From: the human T2T-CHM13v2.0 reference genome, Homo sapiens
Assembly (NCBI RefSeq): GCF_009914755.1
Contig: NC_060925.1
Reading direction: 5' to 3' (one strand)
Length of the DNA stretch: 64,000 nucleotides
Position numbers and translations under genes: made by a program. The notes under the pieces are model-generated. The model was not told the origin of the DNA, ran no database searches, and saw nothing but the letters and a program-made list of their open reading frames with translations. Each line of letters opens with the position of its first letter. Within the stretch, counting starts at the first letter, position 1. This document shows positions 13,811 through 30,200 of this stretch, piece after piece.

Positions 13811-16054
13811 AACAGAATTGAATGGAATCGTCATCGAATGAATTGAATGCAATAATCGAATGGTCTCGAATGGAATCATCTTCTAATGGAAAGGAATGGA
13901 ATCATCGCATAGAATCGAATGGAATTATCATCGAATGGAATCGAATGGTATCAACACCAAACGGAAAAAAACGGAATTATCGAATGGAATCGAAGAGAAT
14001 CTTCGAACGGACCCGAATGGAATCATCTAATGGAATGGAATGGAATAATCCATGGACTCGAATGCAATCATCATCGAATGGAATCGAATGGAATCATCGA
14101 ATGGACTCGAATGGAATAATCATTGAACGGAATCGATTGGAATCATCATCGGATGGAAACGAATGGAATCATCATCGAATGGAAATGAAAGGAGTCATCA
14201 TCTAATGGAATTGCATGGAATCATCATAAAATGGAATCGAATGGAATCAACATCAAATGGAATCAAATGGAATCATTGAACGGAATTGAATGGAATCGTC
14301 ATCGAATGAATTGACTGCAATCATCCAATGGTCTCGAATGGAATCATCTTCAAATGGAATGGAATGGAATCATCGCATAGAATCGAATGGAATTATCATC
14401 GAATGGAATCGAATGGAATCAACATCCAACGGAAAAAAACGGAATTATCGAATGGAATCGAAGAGAATCATCGAATGGACCCGAATGGAATCATCTAATG
14501 GAATGGAATGGAATAATCCATGGACTCGAATGCAATCATCATCGAATGGAATCGAATGGAATCATCGAATGGACTCGAATGGAATAATCATTGAACGGAA
14601 TCGAATGGAATCATCATCGGATGGAAACGAATGGAATCATCATCGAATGGAAATGAAAGGAGTCATCATCTAATGGAATTGCATGGAATCATCATAAAAT
14701 GGAATCGAATGGAATCAACATCAAATGGAATCAAATGGAATCATTGAACGGAATTGAATGGAATCGTCATCGAATGAATTGACTGCAATCATCCAATGGT
14801 CTCGAATGGAATCATCTTCAAATGGAATGGAATGGAATCGTCGCATAGAATCGAATGGAATTATCATCGAATGGAATCGAATGGAATCAACATCAAACGG
14901 AAAAAAACGGAATTATCGAATGGAATCGAAGAGAATCATCGAATGGACCCGAATGGAATCATCTAATGGAATGGAATGGAATAATCCATGGACTCGAATG
15001 CAATCATCATCGAATGGAATCGAATGGAATCATCGAATGGACTCGAATGGAATAATCATTGAACGGAATCGAATGGAATCATCATCGGATGGAAACGAAT
15101 GGAATCATCATCGAATGGAATCGAATAGAATTATGGAATGAAATCCAGTGTGATCATCATCGAATGGACCCGAATGGAATCATCATCCAACGGAAGCTAA
15201 TGGAATCAACATCGAATGAATCGAATGGAAACACCATCGAATTGAAACGAATGGAATTATCATGAAATTGAAATGGATGGACTCATCATCGAATGGATTC
15301 GAATGGAATCATCGAATAAAATTGAATGAAATCATCATCGAATGGAATCGAATGGTATCATTGAATGGAATCGAATGGAATCATCATCAGATGGAAATGA
15401 ATGGAATCGTCATAGAATGGAATCGAATGGATTCATTGAATGGAATCAGATGGAATCATCGAATGGACTGGAATGGAATCATTGAATGGACTCGAAAGGG
15501 ATCATGATTGAATGGAATTGAATGGAATCATCGAATGGTCTCGATTGGAATCATTATCAAATGGAATCGAATGGAATCACCGAATAGAATCGAATGGAAC
15601 AGTCATCGCATGGACTCAAATGGAATTATCCTCAAATGGAATCGAATGGAATTATCGAATGCAATCGAATGGAATTATCGAATGCAATCGAATAGAATCA
15701 TCGAATGGACTCGAATGGAATCATCGAATGGAATGGAATGGAACAGTTAATGAACTCGAATGGAATCATCATTGAATGGAATCGAATGGAATCATCGAGT
15801 GGAATCGAATGGAATTATGATCAAATGGAATCGAATGTAATCATCATCAAATGGAATCAAAAATAACCATCAACAATTGGTATTGAATGGAATTGTCATC
15901 AAATGGAATTCAAAGGAATCATCATCAAATGGAACCGAATGGAATCCTCATTGAATGGAAATGAAAGGGGTCATCATCTAATGGAATCGCATGGAATCAT
16001 CATCAAATGGAATCGAATGGAATCATCATCAAATGGAATCTAATGGAATCATTG
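13811..16054 (+). repeat. 2244-bp expanded unit with three 468-bp subunits
   Basis: ORF starts at 13822, 14290, 14758; next unit at 16066. Confidence 0.94.
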
Positions 16055-17830
16055 AACAGAATTGAATGGAATCGTCATCGAATGAATTGAATGCAATCAT
16101 CGAATGGTCTCGAATGGAATCATCTTCTAATGGAAAGGAATGGAATCATCGCATAGAATCGAATGGAATTATCATCGAATGGAATCGAATGGTATCAACA
16201 CCAAACGGAAAAAAACGGAATTATCGAATGGAATCGAAGAGAATCTTCGAACGGACCCGAATGGAATCATCTAATGGAATGGAATGGAATAATCCATGGA
16301 CTCGAATGCAATCATCATCGAATGGAATGGAATGGAATCAACGAATGGACTCGAATGGAATAATCATTGAACGGAATCGAATGGAATCATCATCGGATGG
16401 AAACGAATGGAATCATCATCGAATGGAAATGAAAGGAGTCATCATCTAATGGGATTGCATGGAATCATCATAAAATGGAATCGAATGGAATCAACATCAA
16501 ATGGAATCAAATGGAATCATTGAACGGAATTGAATGGAATCGTCATCGAATGAATTGACTGCAATCATCGAATGGTCTCGAATGGAATCATCTTCAAATG
16601 GAATGGAATGGAATCATCGCATAGAATCGAATGGAATTATCATCGAATGGAATCGAATGGAATCAACATCAAACGGAAAAAAACAGAATTATCGTATGGA
16701 ATCGAAGAGAATCATCGAATGGACCCGAATGGAATCATCTAATGGAATGGAATGGAATAATCCATGGACTCGAATGCAATCATCATCGAATGGAATCGAA
16801 TGGAATCATCGAATGGACTCGAATGGAATAATCATTGAACGGAATCGAATGGAATCATCATCGGATGGAAATGAATGGAATCATCATCGAATGGAATCGA
16901 ATAGAATTATGGAATGAAATCCAGTGTGATCATCATCGAATGGACCCGAATGGAATCATCATCCAACGGAAGCTAATGGAATCAACATCGAATGAATCGA
17001 ATGGAAACACCATCGAATTGAAACGAATGGAATTATCATGAAATTGAAATGGATGGACTCATCATCGAATGGATTCGAATGGAATCATCGAATAAAATTG
17101 ATTGAAATCATCATCGAATGGAATCGAATGGTATCATTGAATGGAATCGAATGGAATCATCATCAGATGGAAATGAATGGAATCGTCATAGAATGGAATC
17201 GAATGGATTCATTGAATGGAATCAGATGGAATCATCGAATGGACTGGAATGGAATCATTGAATGGACTCGAAAGGGATCATGATTGAATGGAATTGAATG
17301 GAATCATCGAATGGTCTCGATTGGAATCATTATCAAATGGAATCGAATGGAATCACCGAATAGAATCGAATGGAACAATCATCGAATGGACTCAAATGAA
17401 ATTATCCTCCAATGGAATCGAATGGAATTATTGAATGCAATCGAATGGAATTATCGAATGCAATCGAATAGAATCATCGAATGGACTCGAATGGAATCAT
17501 CGAATGGAATGGAATGGAACAGTCAATGAACTCGAATGGAATCATCATTGAATGGAATCGAATGGAATCATCGAGTGGAATCGAATGGAATTATGATCAA
17601 ATGGAATCGAATGTAATCATCATCAAATGGAATCAAAAATAACCATCATCAATTGGTATTGAATGGAATTGTCATCAAATGGAATTCAAAGGAATCATCA
17701 TCAAATGGAACCGAATGGAATCCTCATTGAATGGAAATGAAAGGGGTCATCATCTAATGGAATCGCATGGAATCATCATCAAATGGAATCGAATGGAATC
17801 ATCATCAAATGGAATCTAATGGAATCATTG

Positions 17831-19629
17831 AACAGAATTGAATGGAATCGTCATCGAATGAATTGAATGCAATAATCGAATGGTCTCGAATGGAATCATC
17901 TTCTAATGGAAAGGAATGGAATCATCGCATAGAATCGAATGGAATTATCATCGAATGGAATCGAATGGTATCAACACCAAACGGAAAAAAACGGAATTAT
18001 CGAATGGAATCGAAGAGAATCTTCGAACGGACCCGAATGGAATCATCTAATGGAATGGAATGGAATAATCCATGGACTCGAATGCAATCATCATCGAATG
18101 GAATCGAATGGAATCATCGAATGGACTCGAATGGAATAATCATTGAACGGAATCGATTGGAATCATCATCGGATGGAAACGAATGGAATCATCATCGAAT
18201 GGAAATGAAAGGAGTCATCATCTAATGGAATTGCATGGAATCATCATAAAATGGAATCGAATGGAATCAACATCAAATGGAATCAAATGGAATCATTGAA
18301 CGGAATTGAATGGAATCGTCATCGAATGAATTGACTGCAATCATCGAATGGTCTCGAATGGAATCATCTTCAAATGGAATGGAATGGAATCATCGCATAG
18401 AATCGAATGGAATTATCATCGAATGGAATCGAATGGAATCAACATCCAACGGAAAAAAACGGAATTATCGAATGGAATCGAAGAGAATCATCGAATGGAC
18501 CCGAATGGAATCATCTAATGGAATGGAATGGAATAATCCATGGACTCGAATGCAATCATCATCGAATGGAATCGAATGGAATCATAGAATGGACTCGAAT
18601 GGAATAATCATTGAACGGAATCGAATGGAATCATCATTGGATGGAAATGAATGGAATCATCATCGAATGGAATCGAATAGAATTATGGAATGAAATCCAG
18701 TGTGATCATCATCGAATGGACCCGAATGGAATCATCATCCAACGGAAGCTAATGGAATCAACATCGAATGAATCAAATGGAAACACCATCGAATTGAAAC
18801 GAATGGAATTAACATGAAATTGAAATGGATGGACTCATCATCGAATGGATTCGAATGGAATCATCGAATAAAATTGATTGAAATCATCATCGAATGGAAT
18901 CGAATGGTATCATTGAATGGAATCGAATGGAATCATCATCAGATGGAAATGAATGGAATCGTCATAGAATGGAATCGAATGGATTCATTGAATGGAATCA
19001 GATGGAATCATCGAATGGACTGGAATGGAATCATTGAATGGACTCGAAAGGGATCATGATTGAATGGAATTGAATGGAATCATCGAATGGTCTCGATTGG
19101 AATCATTATCAAATGGAATCGAATGGAATCACCGAATAGAATCGAATGGAACAATCATCGAATGGACTCAAATGGAATTATCCTCCAATGGAATCGAATG
19201 GAATTATCGAATGCAATCGAATGGAATTATCGAATGCAATCGAATGGAATTATCGAATGCAATCGAATAGAATCATCGAATGGACTCGAATGGAATCATC
19301 GAATGGAATGGAATGGAACAGTCAATGAACTCGAATGGAATCATCATTGAATGGAATCGAATGGAATCATCGAGTGGAATCGAATGGAATTATGATCAAA
19401 TGGAATCGAATGTAATCCTCATCAAATGGAATCAAAAATAACCATCATCAATTGGTATTGAATGGAATTGTCATCAAATGGAATTCAAAGGAATCATCAT
19501 CAAATGGAACCGAATGGAATCCTCATTGAATGGAAATGAAAGGGGTCATCATCTAATGGAATCGCATGGAATCATCATCAAATGGAATCGAATGGAATCA
19601 TCATCAAATGGAATCTAATGGAATCATTG
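17831..19629 (+). repeat. 1799-bp unit (+23 bp), second copy of the triplication
   Basis: The same 23-mer occurs three times at 19192-19260. Confidence 0.9.
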
Positions 19630-21405
19630 AACAGAATTGAATGGAATCGTCATCGAATGAATTGAATGCAATCATCGAATGGTCTCGAATGGAATCATCT
19701 TCTAATGGAAAGGAATGGAATCATCGCATAGAATCGAATGGAATTATCATCGAATAGAATCGAATGGTATCAACACCAAACGGAAAAAAACGGAATTATC
19801 GAATGGAATCGAAGAGAATCTTCGAACGGACCCGAATGGAATCATCTAATGGAATGGAATGGAATAGTCCATGGACTCGAATGCAATCATCATCGAATGG
19901 AATCGAATGGAATCATCGAATGGACTCGAATGGAATAATCATTGAACGGAATCGAATGGAATCATCATCGGATGGAAACGAATGGAATCATCATCGAATG
20001 GAAATGAAAGGAGTCATCATCTAATGGAATTGCATGGAATCATCATAAAATGGAATCGAATGGAATCAACATCAAATGGAATCAAATGGAATCATTGAAC
20101 GGAATTGAATGGAATCGTCATCGAATGAATTGACTGCAATCATCGAATGGTCTCGAATGGAATCATCTTCAAATGGAATTGAATGGAATCATCGCATAGA
20201 ATCGAATGGAATTATCATCGAATGGAATCGAATGGAATCAACATCAAACGGAAAAAAACGGAATTATCGAATGGAATCGAAGAGAATCATCGAATGGACC
20301 CGAATGGAATCATCTAATGGAATGGAATGGAATAATCCATGGACTCGAATGCAATCATCATCGAATGGAATCGAATGGAATCATCGAATGGACTCGAATG
20401 GAATAATCATTGAACGGAATAGAATGGAATCATCATCGGATGGAAATGAATGGAATCATCATCTAATGGAATCGAATAGAATTATGGAATGAAATCCAGT
20501 GTGATCATCATCGAATGGACCCGAATGGAATCATCATCCAACGGAAGCTAATGGAATCAACATCGAATGAATCAAATGGAAACACCATCGAATTGAAACG
20601 AATGGAATTATCATGAAATTGAAATGGATGGACTCATCATCGAATGGATTCGAATGGAATCATCGAATAAAATTGATTGAAATCATCATCGAATGGAATC
20701 GAATGGTATCATTGAATGGAATCGAATGGAATCATCATCAGATGGAAATGAATGGAATCGTCATAGAATGGAATCGAATGGATTCATTGAATGGAATCAG
20801 ATGGAATCATCGAATGGACTGGAATGGAATCATTGAATGGACTCGAAAGGGATCATGATTGAATGGAATTGAATGGAATCATCGAATGGTCTCGATTGGA
20901 ATCATTATCAAATGGAATCGAATGGAATCACCGAATAGAATCGAATGGAACAATCATCGAATGGACTCAAATGGAATTATCCTCCAATGGAATCGAATGG
21001 AATTATCGAATGCAATCGAATGGAATTATCGAATGCAATCGAATAGAATCATCGAATGGACTCGAATGGAATCATCGAATGGAATGGAATGGAACAGTCA
21101 ATGAACTCGAATGGAATCATCATTGAATGGAATCGAATGGAATCATCGAGAGGAATCGAATGGAATTATGATCAAATGGAATCGAATGTAATCATCATCA
21201 AATGGAATCAAAAATAACCATCATCAATTGGTATTGAATGGAATTGTCATCAAATGGAATTCAAAGGAATCATCATCAAATGGAACCGAATGGAATCCTC
21301 ATTGAATGGAAATGAAAGGGGTCATCATCTAATGGAATCGCATGGAATCATCATCAAATGGAATCGAAAGGAATCATCATCAAATGGAATCTAATGGAAT
21401 CATTG

Positions 21406-24400
21406 AACAGAATTGAATGGAATCGTCATCGAATGAATTGAATGCAATCATCGAATGGTCTCGAATGGAATCATCTTCTAATGGAAAGGAATGGAATCAT
21501 CGCATAGAATCGAATGGAATTATCATCGAATGGAATCGAATGGTATCAACACCAAACGGAAAAAAACGGAATTATCGAATGGAATCGAAGAGAATCTTCG
21601 AACGGACCCGAATGGAATCATCTAATGGAATGGAATGGAATAATCCATGGACTCGAATGCAATCATCATCGAATGGAATCGAATGGAATCATCGAATGGA
21701 CTCGAATGGAATAATCATTGAACGGAATCGAATGGAATCATCATCGGATGGAAACGAATGGAATCATCATCGAATGGAAATGAAAGGAGTCATCATCTAA
21801 TGGAATTGCATGGAATCATCATCAAATGGAATCGAATGGAATCAACATCAAATGGAATCAAATGGAATCATTGAACGGAATTGAATGGAATCGTCATCGA
21901 ATGAATTGACTGCAATCATCGAATGGTCTCGAATGGAATCATCTTCAAATGGAATGGAATGGAATCATCCCATAGAATGGAATGGAATTATCATCGAATG
22001 GAATCGAATGGAATCAACATCAAACGGAAAAAAACGGAATTATCGAATGGAATCGAAGAGAATCATCGAATGGACCCGAATGGAATCATCTAATGGAATG
22101 GAATGGAATAATCCATGGACTCGAATGCAATCATCATCGAATGGAATCGAATGGAATCATCGAATGGACTCGAATGGAATAATCATTGAACGGAATCGAA
22201 TTGAATCATCATCGGATGGAAACGAATGGAATCATCATCGAATGGAAATGAAAGGAGTCATCATCTAATGGAATTGCATGGAATCATCATAAAATGGAAT
22301 CGAATGGAATCAACATCAAATGGAATCAAATGGAATCATTGAACGGAATTGAATGGAATCGTCATCGAATGAATTGACTGCAATCATCCAATGGTCTCGA
22401 ATGGAATCATCTTCAAATGGAATGGAATGGAATCATCGCATAGAATCGAATGGAATTATCATCGAATGGAATCGAATGGAATCAACATCCAACGGAAAAA
22501 AACGGAATTATCGAATGGAATCGAAGAGAATCATCGAATGGACCCGAATGGAATCATCTAATGGAATGGAATGGAATAATCCATGGACTCGAATGCAATC
22601 ATCATCGAATGGAATCGAATGGAATCATCGAATGGACTCGAATGGAATAATCATTGAACGGAATCGAATGGAATCATCATCGGATGGAAACGAATGGAAT
22701 CATCATCGAATGGAAATGAAAGGAGTCATCATCTAATGGAATTGCATGGAATCATCATAAAATTTAATCGAATGGAATCAACATCAAATGGAATCAAATG
22801 GAATCATTGAACGGAATTGAATGGAATCGTCATCGAATGAATTGACTGCAATCATCCAATGGTCTCGAATGGAATCATCTTCAAATGGAATGGAATGGAA
22901 TCATCGCATAGAATCGAATGGAATTATCATCGAATGGAATCGAATGGAATCAACATCCAACGGAAAAAAACGGAATTATCGAATGGAATCGAAGAGAATC
23001 ATCGAATGGACCCGAATGGAATCATCTAATGGAATGGAATGGAATAATCCATGGACTCGAATGCAATCATCATCGAATGGAATCGAATGGAATCATCGAA
23101 TGGACTCGAATGGAATAATCATTGAACGGAATCGAATGGAATCATCATCGGATGGAAACGAATGGAATCATCATCGAATGGAAATGAAAGGAGTCATCAT
23201 CTAATGGAATTGCATGGAATCATCATAAAATGGAATCGAATGGAATCAACATCAAATGGAATCAAATGGAATCATTGAACGGAATTGAATGGAATCGTCA
23301 TCGAATGAATTGACTGCAATCATCCAATGGTCTCGAATGGAATCATCTTCAAATGGAATGGAATGGAATCATCGCATAGAATCGAATGGAATTATCATCG
23401 AATGGAATCGAATGGAATCAACATCCAACGGAAAAAAACGGAATTATCGAATGGAATCGAAGAGAATGATCGAATGGACCCGAATGGAATCATCTAATGG
23501 AATGGAATGGAATAATCCATGGACTCGAATGCAATCATCATCGAATGGAATCGAATGGAATCATCGAATGGACTCGAATGGAATAATCATTGAACGGAAT
23601 CGAATGGAATCATCATCGGATGGAAACGAATGGAATCATCATCGAATGGAAATGAAAGGAGTCATCATCTAATGGAATTGCATGGAATCATCATCAAATG
23701 GAATCGAATGGAATCAACATCAAATGGAATCAAATGGAATCATTGAACGGAATTGAATGGAATCGTCATCGAATGAATTGACTGCAATCATCGAATGGTC
23801 TCGAATGGAATCATCTTCAAATGGAATGGAATGGAATCATCGCATAGAATCGAATGGAATTATCATCGAATGGAATCGAATGGAATCAACATCAAACGGA
23901 AAAAAACGGAATTATCGAATGGAATCGAAGAGAATCATCGAATGGACCCGAATGGAATCATCTAATGGAATGGAATGGAATAATCCATGGACTCGAATGC
24001 AATCATCATCGAATGGAATCGAATGGAATCATCGAATGGACTCGAATGGAATAATCATTGAACGGAATCGAATGGAATCATCATCGGATGGAAATGAATG
24101 GAATCATCATCGAATGGAATCGAATAGAATTATGGAATGAAATCCAGTGTGATCATCATCGAATGGACCCGAATGGAATCATCATCCAACGGAAGCTAAT
24201 GGAATCAACATCGAATGAATCGAATGGAAACACCATCGAATTGAAACGAATGGAATTATCATGAAATTGAAATGGATGGACTCATCATCGGATGGATTCG
24301 AATGGAATCATCGAATAAAATTGAATGAAATCATCATCGAATGGAATCGAATGGTATCATTGAATGGAATCGAATGGAATCATCATCAGATGGAAATGAA

Positions 24401-25053
24401 TGGAATCGTCATAGAATGGAATCGAATGGATTCATTGAATGGAATCAGATGGAATCATCGAATGGACTGGAATGGAATCATTGAATGGACTCGAAAGGGA
24501 TCATGATTGAATGGAATTGAATGGAATCATCGAATGGTCTCGATTGGAATCATTATCAAATGGAATCGAATGGAATCACCGAATAGAATCGAATGGAACA
24601 GTCATCGCATGGACTCAAATGGAATTATCCTCAAATGGAATCGAATGGAATTATCGAATGCAATCGAATGGAATTATCGAATGCAATCGAATAGAATCAT
24701 CGAATGGACTCGAATGGAATCATCGAATGGAATGGAATGGAACAGTCAATGAACTCGAATGGAATCATCATTGAATGGAATCGAATGGAATCATCGAGTG
24801 GAATCGAATGGAATTATGATCAAATGGAATCGAATGTAGTCATCATCAAATGGAATCAAAAATAACCATCATCAATTGGTATTGAATGGAATTGTCATCA
24901 AATGGAATTCAAAGGAATCATCATCAAATGGAACCGAATGGAATCCTCATTGAATGGAAATGAAAGGGGTCATCATCTAATGGAATCGCATGGAATCATC
25001 ATCAAATGGAATCGAATGGAATCATCATCAAATGGAATCTAATGGAATCATTG
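21406..25053 (+). repeat. 3648-bp expanded unit with six 468-bp subunits (second copy)
   Basis: ORF starts at 21417, 21885, 22353, 22821, 23289, 23757. Confidence 0.94.
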
Positions 25054-27297
25054 AACAGAATTGAATGGAATCGTCATCGAATGAATTGAATGCAATAATC
25101 GAATGGTCTCGAATGGAATCATCTTCTAATGGAAAGGAATGGAATCATCGCATAGAATCGAATGGAATTATCATCGAATGGAATCGAATGGTATCAACAC
25201 CAAACGGAAAAAAACGGAATTATCGAATGGAATCGAAGAGAATCTTCGAACGGACCCGAATGGAATCATCTAATGGAATGGAATGGAATAATCCATGGAC
25301 TCGAATGCAATCATCATCGAATGGAATCGAATGGAATCATCGAATGGACTCGAATGGAATAATCATTGAACGGAATCGATTGGAATCATCATCGGATGGA
25401 AACGAATGGAATCATCATCGAATGGAAATGAAAGGAGTCATCATCTAATGGAATTGCATGGAATCATCATAAAATGGAATCGAATGGAATCAACATCAAA
25501 TGGAATCAAATGGAATCATTGAACGGAATTGAATGGAATCGTCATCGAATGAATTGACTGCAATCATCCAATGGTCTCGAATGGAATCATCTTCAAATGG
25601 AATGGAATGGAATCATCGCATAGAATCGAATGGAATTATCATCGAATGGAATCGAATGGAATCAACATCCAACGGAAAAAAACGGAATTATCGAATGGAA
25701 TCGAAGAGAATCATCGAATGGACCCGAATGGAATCATCTAATGGAATGGAATGGAATAATCCATGGACTCGAATGCAATCATCATCGAATGGAATCGAAT
25801 GGAATCATCGAATGGACTCGAATGGAATAATCATTGAACGGAATCGAATGGAATCATCATCGGATGGAAACGAATGGAATCATCATCGAATGGAAATGAA
25901 AGGAGTCATCATCTAATGGAATTGCATGGAATCATCATAAAATGGAATCGAATGGAATCAACATCAAATGGAATCAAATGGAATCATTGAACGGAATTGA
26001 ATGGAATCGTCATCGAATGAATTGACTGCAATCATCCAATGGTCTCGAATGGAATCATCTTCAAATGGAATGGAATGGAATCGTCGCATAGAATCGAATG
26101 GAATTATCATCGAATGGAATCGAATGGAATCAACATCAAACGGAAAAAAACGGAATTATCAAATGGAATCGAAGAGAATCATCGAATGGACCCGAATGGA
26201 ATCATCTAATGGAATGGAATGGAATAATCCATGGACTCGAATGCAATCATCATCGAATGGAATCGAATGGAATCATCGAATGGACTCGAATGGAATAATC
26301 ATTGAACGGAATCGAATGGAATCATCATCGGATGGAAACGAATGGAATCATCATCGAATGGAATCGAATAGAATTATGGAATGAAATCCAGTGTGATCAT
26401 CATCGAATGGACCCGAATGGAATCATCATCCAACGGAAGCTAATGGAATCAACATCGAATGAATCGAATGGAAACACCATCGAATTGAAACGAATGGAAT
26501 TATCATGAAATTGAAATGGATGGACTCATCATCGAATGGATTCGAATGGAATCATCGAATAAAATTGAATGAAATCATCATCGAATGGAATCGAATGGTA
26601 TCATTGAATGGAATCGAATGGAATCATCATCAGATGGAAATGAATGGAATCGTCATAGAATGGAATCGAATGGATTCATTGAATGGAATCAGATGGAATC
26701 ATCGAATGGACTGGAATGGAATCATTGAATGGACTCGAAAGGGATCATTATTGAATGGAATTGAATGGAATCATCGAATGGTCTCGATTGGAATCATTAT
26801 CAAATGGAATCGAATGGAATCACCGAATAGAATCGAATGGAACAGTCATCGCATGGACTCAAATGGAATTATCCTCAAATGGAATCGAATGGAATTATCG
26901 AATGCAATCGAATGGAATTATCGAATGCAATCGAATAGAATCATCGAATGGACTCGAATGGAATCATCGAATGGAATGGAATGGAACAGTTAATGAACTC
27001 GAATGGAATCATCATTGAATGGAATCGAATGGAATCATCGAGTGGAATCGAATGGAATTATGATCAAATGGAATCGAATGTAATCATCATCAAATGGAAT
27101 CAAAAATAACCATCAACAATTGGTATTGAATGGAATTGTCATCAAATGGAATTCAAAGGAATCATCATCAAATGGAACCGAATGGAATCCTCATTGAATG
27201 GAAATGAAAGGGGTCATCATCTAATGGAATCGCATGGAATCATCATCAAATGGAATCGAATGGAATCATCATCAAATGGAATCTAATGGAATCATTG
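25054..27297 (+). repeat. 2244-bp expanded unit with three subunits (second copy)
   Basis: ORF starts at 25065, 25533, 26001; next unit at 27309. Confidence 0.94.
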
Positions 27298-30200
27298 AAC
27301 AGAATTGAATGGAATCGTCATCGAATGAATTGAATGCAATCATCGAATGGTCTCGAATGGAATCATCTTCTAATGGAAAGGAATGGAATCATCGCATAGA
27401 ATCGAATGGAATTATCATCGAATGGAATCGAATGGTATCAACACCAAACGGAAAAAAACGGAATTATCGAATGGAATCGAAGAGAATCTTCGAACGGACC
27501 CGAATGGAATCATCTAATGGAATGGAATGGAATAATCCATGGACTCGAATGCAATCATCATCGAATGGAATGGAATGGAATCATCGAATGGACTCGAATG
27601 GAATAATCATTGAACGGAATCGAATGGAATCATCATCGGATGGAAACGAATGGAATCATCATCGAATGGAAATGAAAGGAGTCATCATCTAATGGGATTG
27701 CATGGAATCATCATAAAATGGAATCGAATGGAATCAACATCAAATGGAATCAAATGGAATCATTGAACGGAATTGAATGGAATCGTCATCGAATGAATTG
27801 ACTGCAATCATCGAATGGTCTCGAATGGAATCATCTTCAAATGGAATGGAATGGAATCATCGCATAGAATCGAATGGAATTATCATCGAATGGAATCGAA
27901 TGGAATCAACATCAAACGGAAAAAAACAGAATTATCGTATGGAATCGAAGAGAATCATCGAATGGACCCGAATGGAATCATCTAATGGAATGGAATGGAA
28001 TAATCCATGGACTCGAATGCAATCATCATCGAATGGAATCGAATGGAATCATCGAATGGACTCGAATGGAATAATCATTGAACGGAATCGAATGGAATCA
28101 TCATCGGATGGAAATGAATGGAATCATCATCGAATGGAATCGAATAGAATTATGGAATGAAATCCAGTGTGATCATCATCGAATGGACCCGAATGGAATC
28201 ATCATCCAACGGAAGCTAATGGAATCAACATCGAATGAATCGAATGGAAACACCATCGAATTGAAACGAATGGAATTATCATGAAATTGAAATGGATGGA
28301 CTCATCATCGAATGGATTCGAATGGAATCATCGAATAAAATTGATTGAAATCATCATCGAATGGAATCGAATGGTATCATTGAATGGAATCGAATGGAAT
28401 CATCATCAGATGGAAATGAATGGAATCGTCATAGAATGGAATCGAATGGATTCATTGAATGGAATCAGATGGAATCATCGAATGGACTGGAATGGAATCA
28501 TTGAATGGACTCGAAAGGGATCATTATTGAATGGAATTGAATGGAATCATCGAATGGTCTCGATTGGAATCATTATCAAATGGAATCGAATGGAATCACC
28601 GAATAGAATCGAATGGAACAATCATCGAATGGACTCAAATGGAATTATCCTCAAATGGAATCGAATGGAATTATTGAATGCAATCGAATGGAATTATCGA
28701 ATGCAATCGAATAGAATCATCGAATGGACTCGAATGGAATCATCGAATGGAATGGAATGGAACAGTCAATGAACTCGAATGGAATCATCATTGAATGGAA
28801 TCGAATGGAATCATCGAGTGGAATCGAATGGAATTATGATCAAATGGAATCGAATGTAATCATCATCAAATGGAATCAAAAATAACCATCATCAATTGGT
28901 ATTGAATGGAATTGTCATCAAATGGAATTCAAAGGAATCATCATCAAATGGAACCGAATGGAATCCTCATTGAATGGAAATGAAAGGGGTCATCATCTAA
29001 TGGAATCGCATGGAATCATCATCAAATGGAATCGAATGGAATCATCATCAAATGGAATCTAATGGAATCATTGAACAGAATTGAATGGAATCGTCATCGA
29101 ATGAATTGAATGCAATAATCGAATGGTCTCGAATGGAATCATCTTCTAATGGAAAGGAATGGAATCATCGCATAGAATCGAATGGAATTATCATCGAATG
29201 GAATCGAATGGTATCAACACCAAACGGAAAAAAACGGAATTATCGAATGGAATCGAAGAGAATCTTCGAACGGACCCGAATGGAATCATCTAATGGAATG
29301 GAATGGAATAATCCATGGACTCGAATGCAATCATCATCGAATGGAATCGAATGGAATCATCGAATGGACTCGAATGGAATAATCATTGAACGGAATCGAT
29401 TGGAATCATCATCGGATGGAAACGAATGGAATCATCATCGAATGGAAATGAAAGGAGTCATCATCTAATGGAATTGCATGGAATCATCATAAAATGGAAT
29501 CGAATGGAATCAACATCAAATGGAATCAAATGGAATCATTGAACGGAATTGAATGGAATCGTCATCGAATGAATTGACTGCAATCATCGAATGGTCTCGA
29601 ATGGAATCATCTTCAAATGGAATGGAATGGAATCATCGCATAGAATCGAATGGAATTATCATCGAATGGAATCGAATGGAATCAACATCCAACGGAAAAA
29701 AACGGAATTATCGAATGGAATCGAAGAGAATCATCGAATGGACCCGAATGGAATCATCTAATGGAATGGAATGGAATAATCCATGGACTCGAATGCAATC
29801 ATCATCGAATGGAATCGAATGGAATCATAGAATGGACTCGAATGGAATAATCATTGAACGGAATCGAATGGAATCATCATTGGATGGAAATGAATGGAAT
29901 CATCATCGAATGGAATCGAATAGAATTATGGAATGAAATCCAGTGTGATCATCATCGAATGGACCCGAATGGAATCATCATCCAACGGAAGCTAATGGAA
30001 TCAACATCGAATGAATCAAATGGAAACACCATCGAATTGAAACGAATGGAATTAACATGAAATTGAAATGGATGGACTCATCATCGAATGGATTCGAATG
30101 GAATCATCGAATAAAATTGATTGAAATCATCATCGAATGGAATCGAATGGTATCATTGAATGGAATCGAATGGAATCATCATCAGATGGAAATGAATGGA

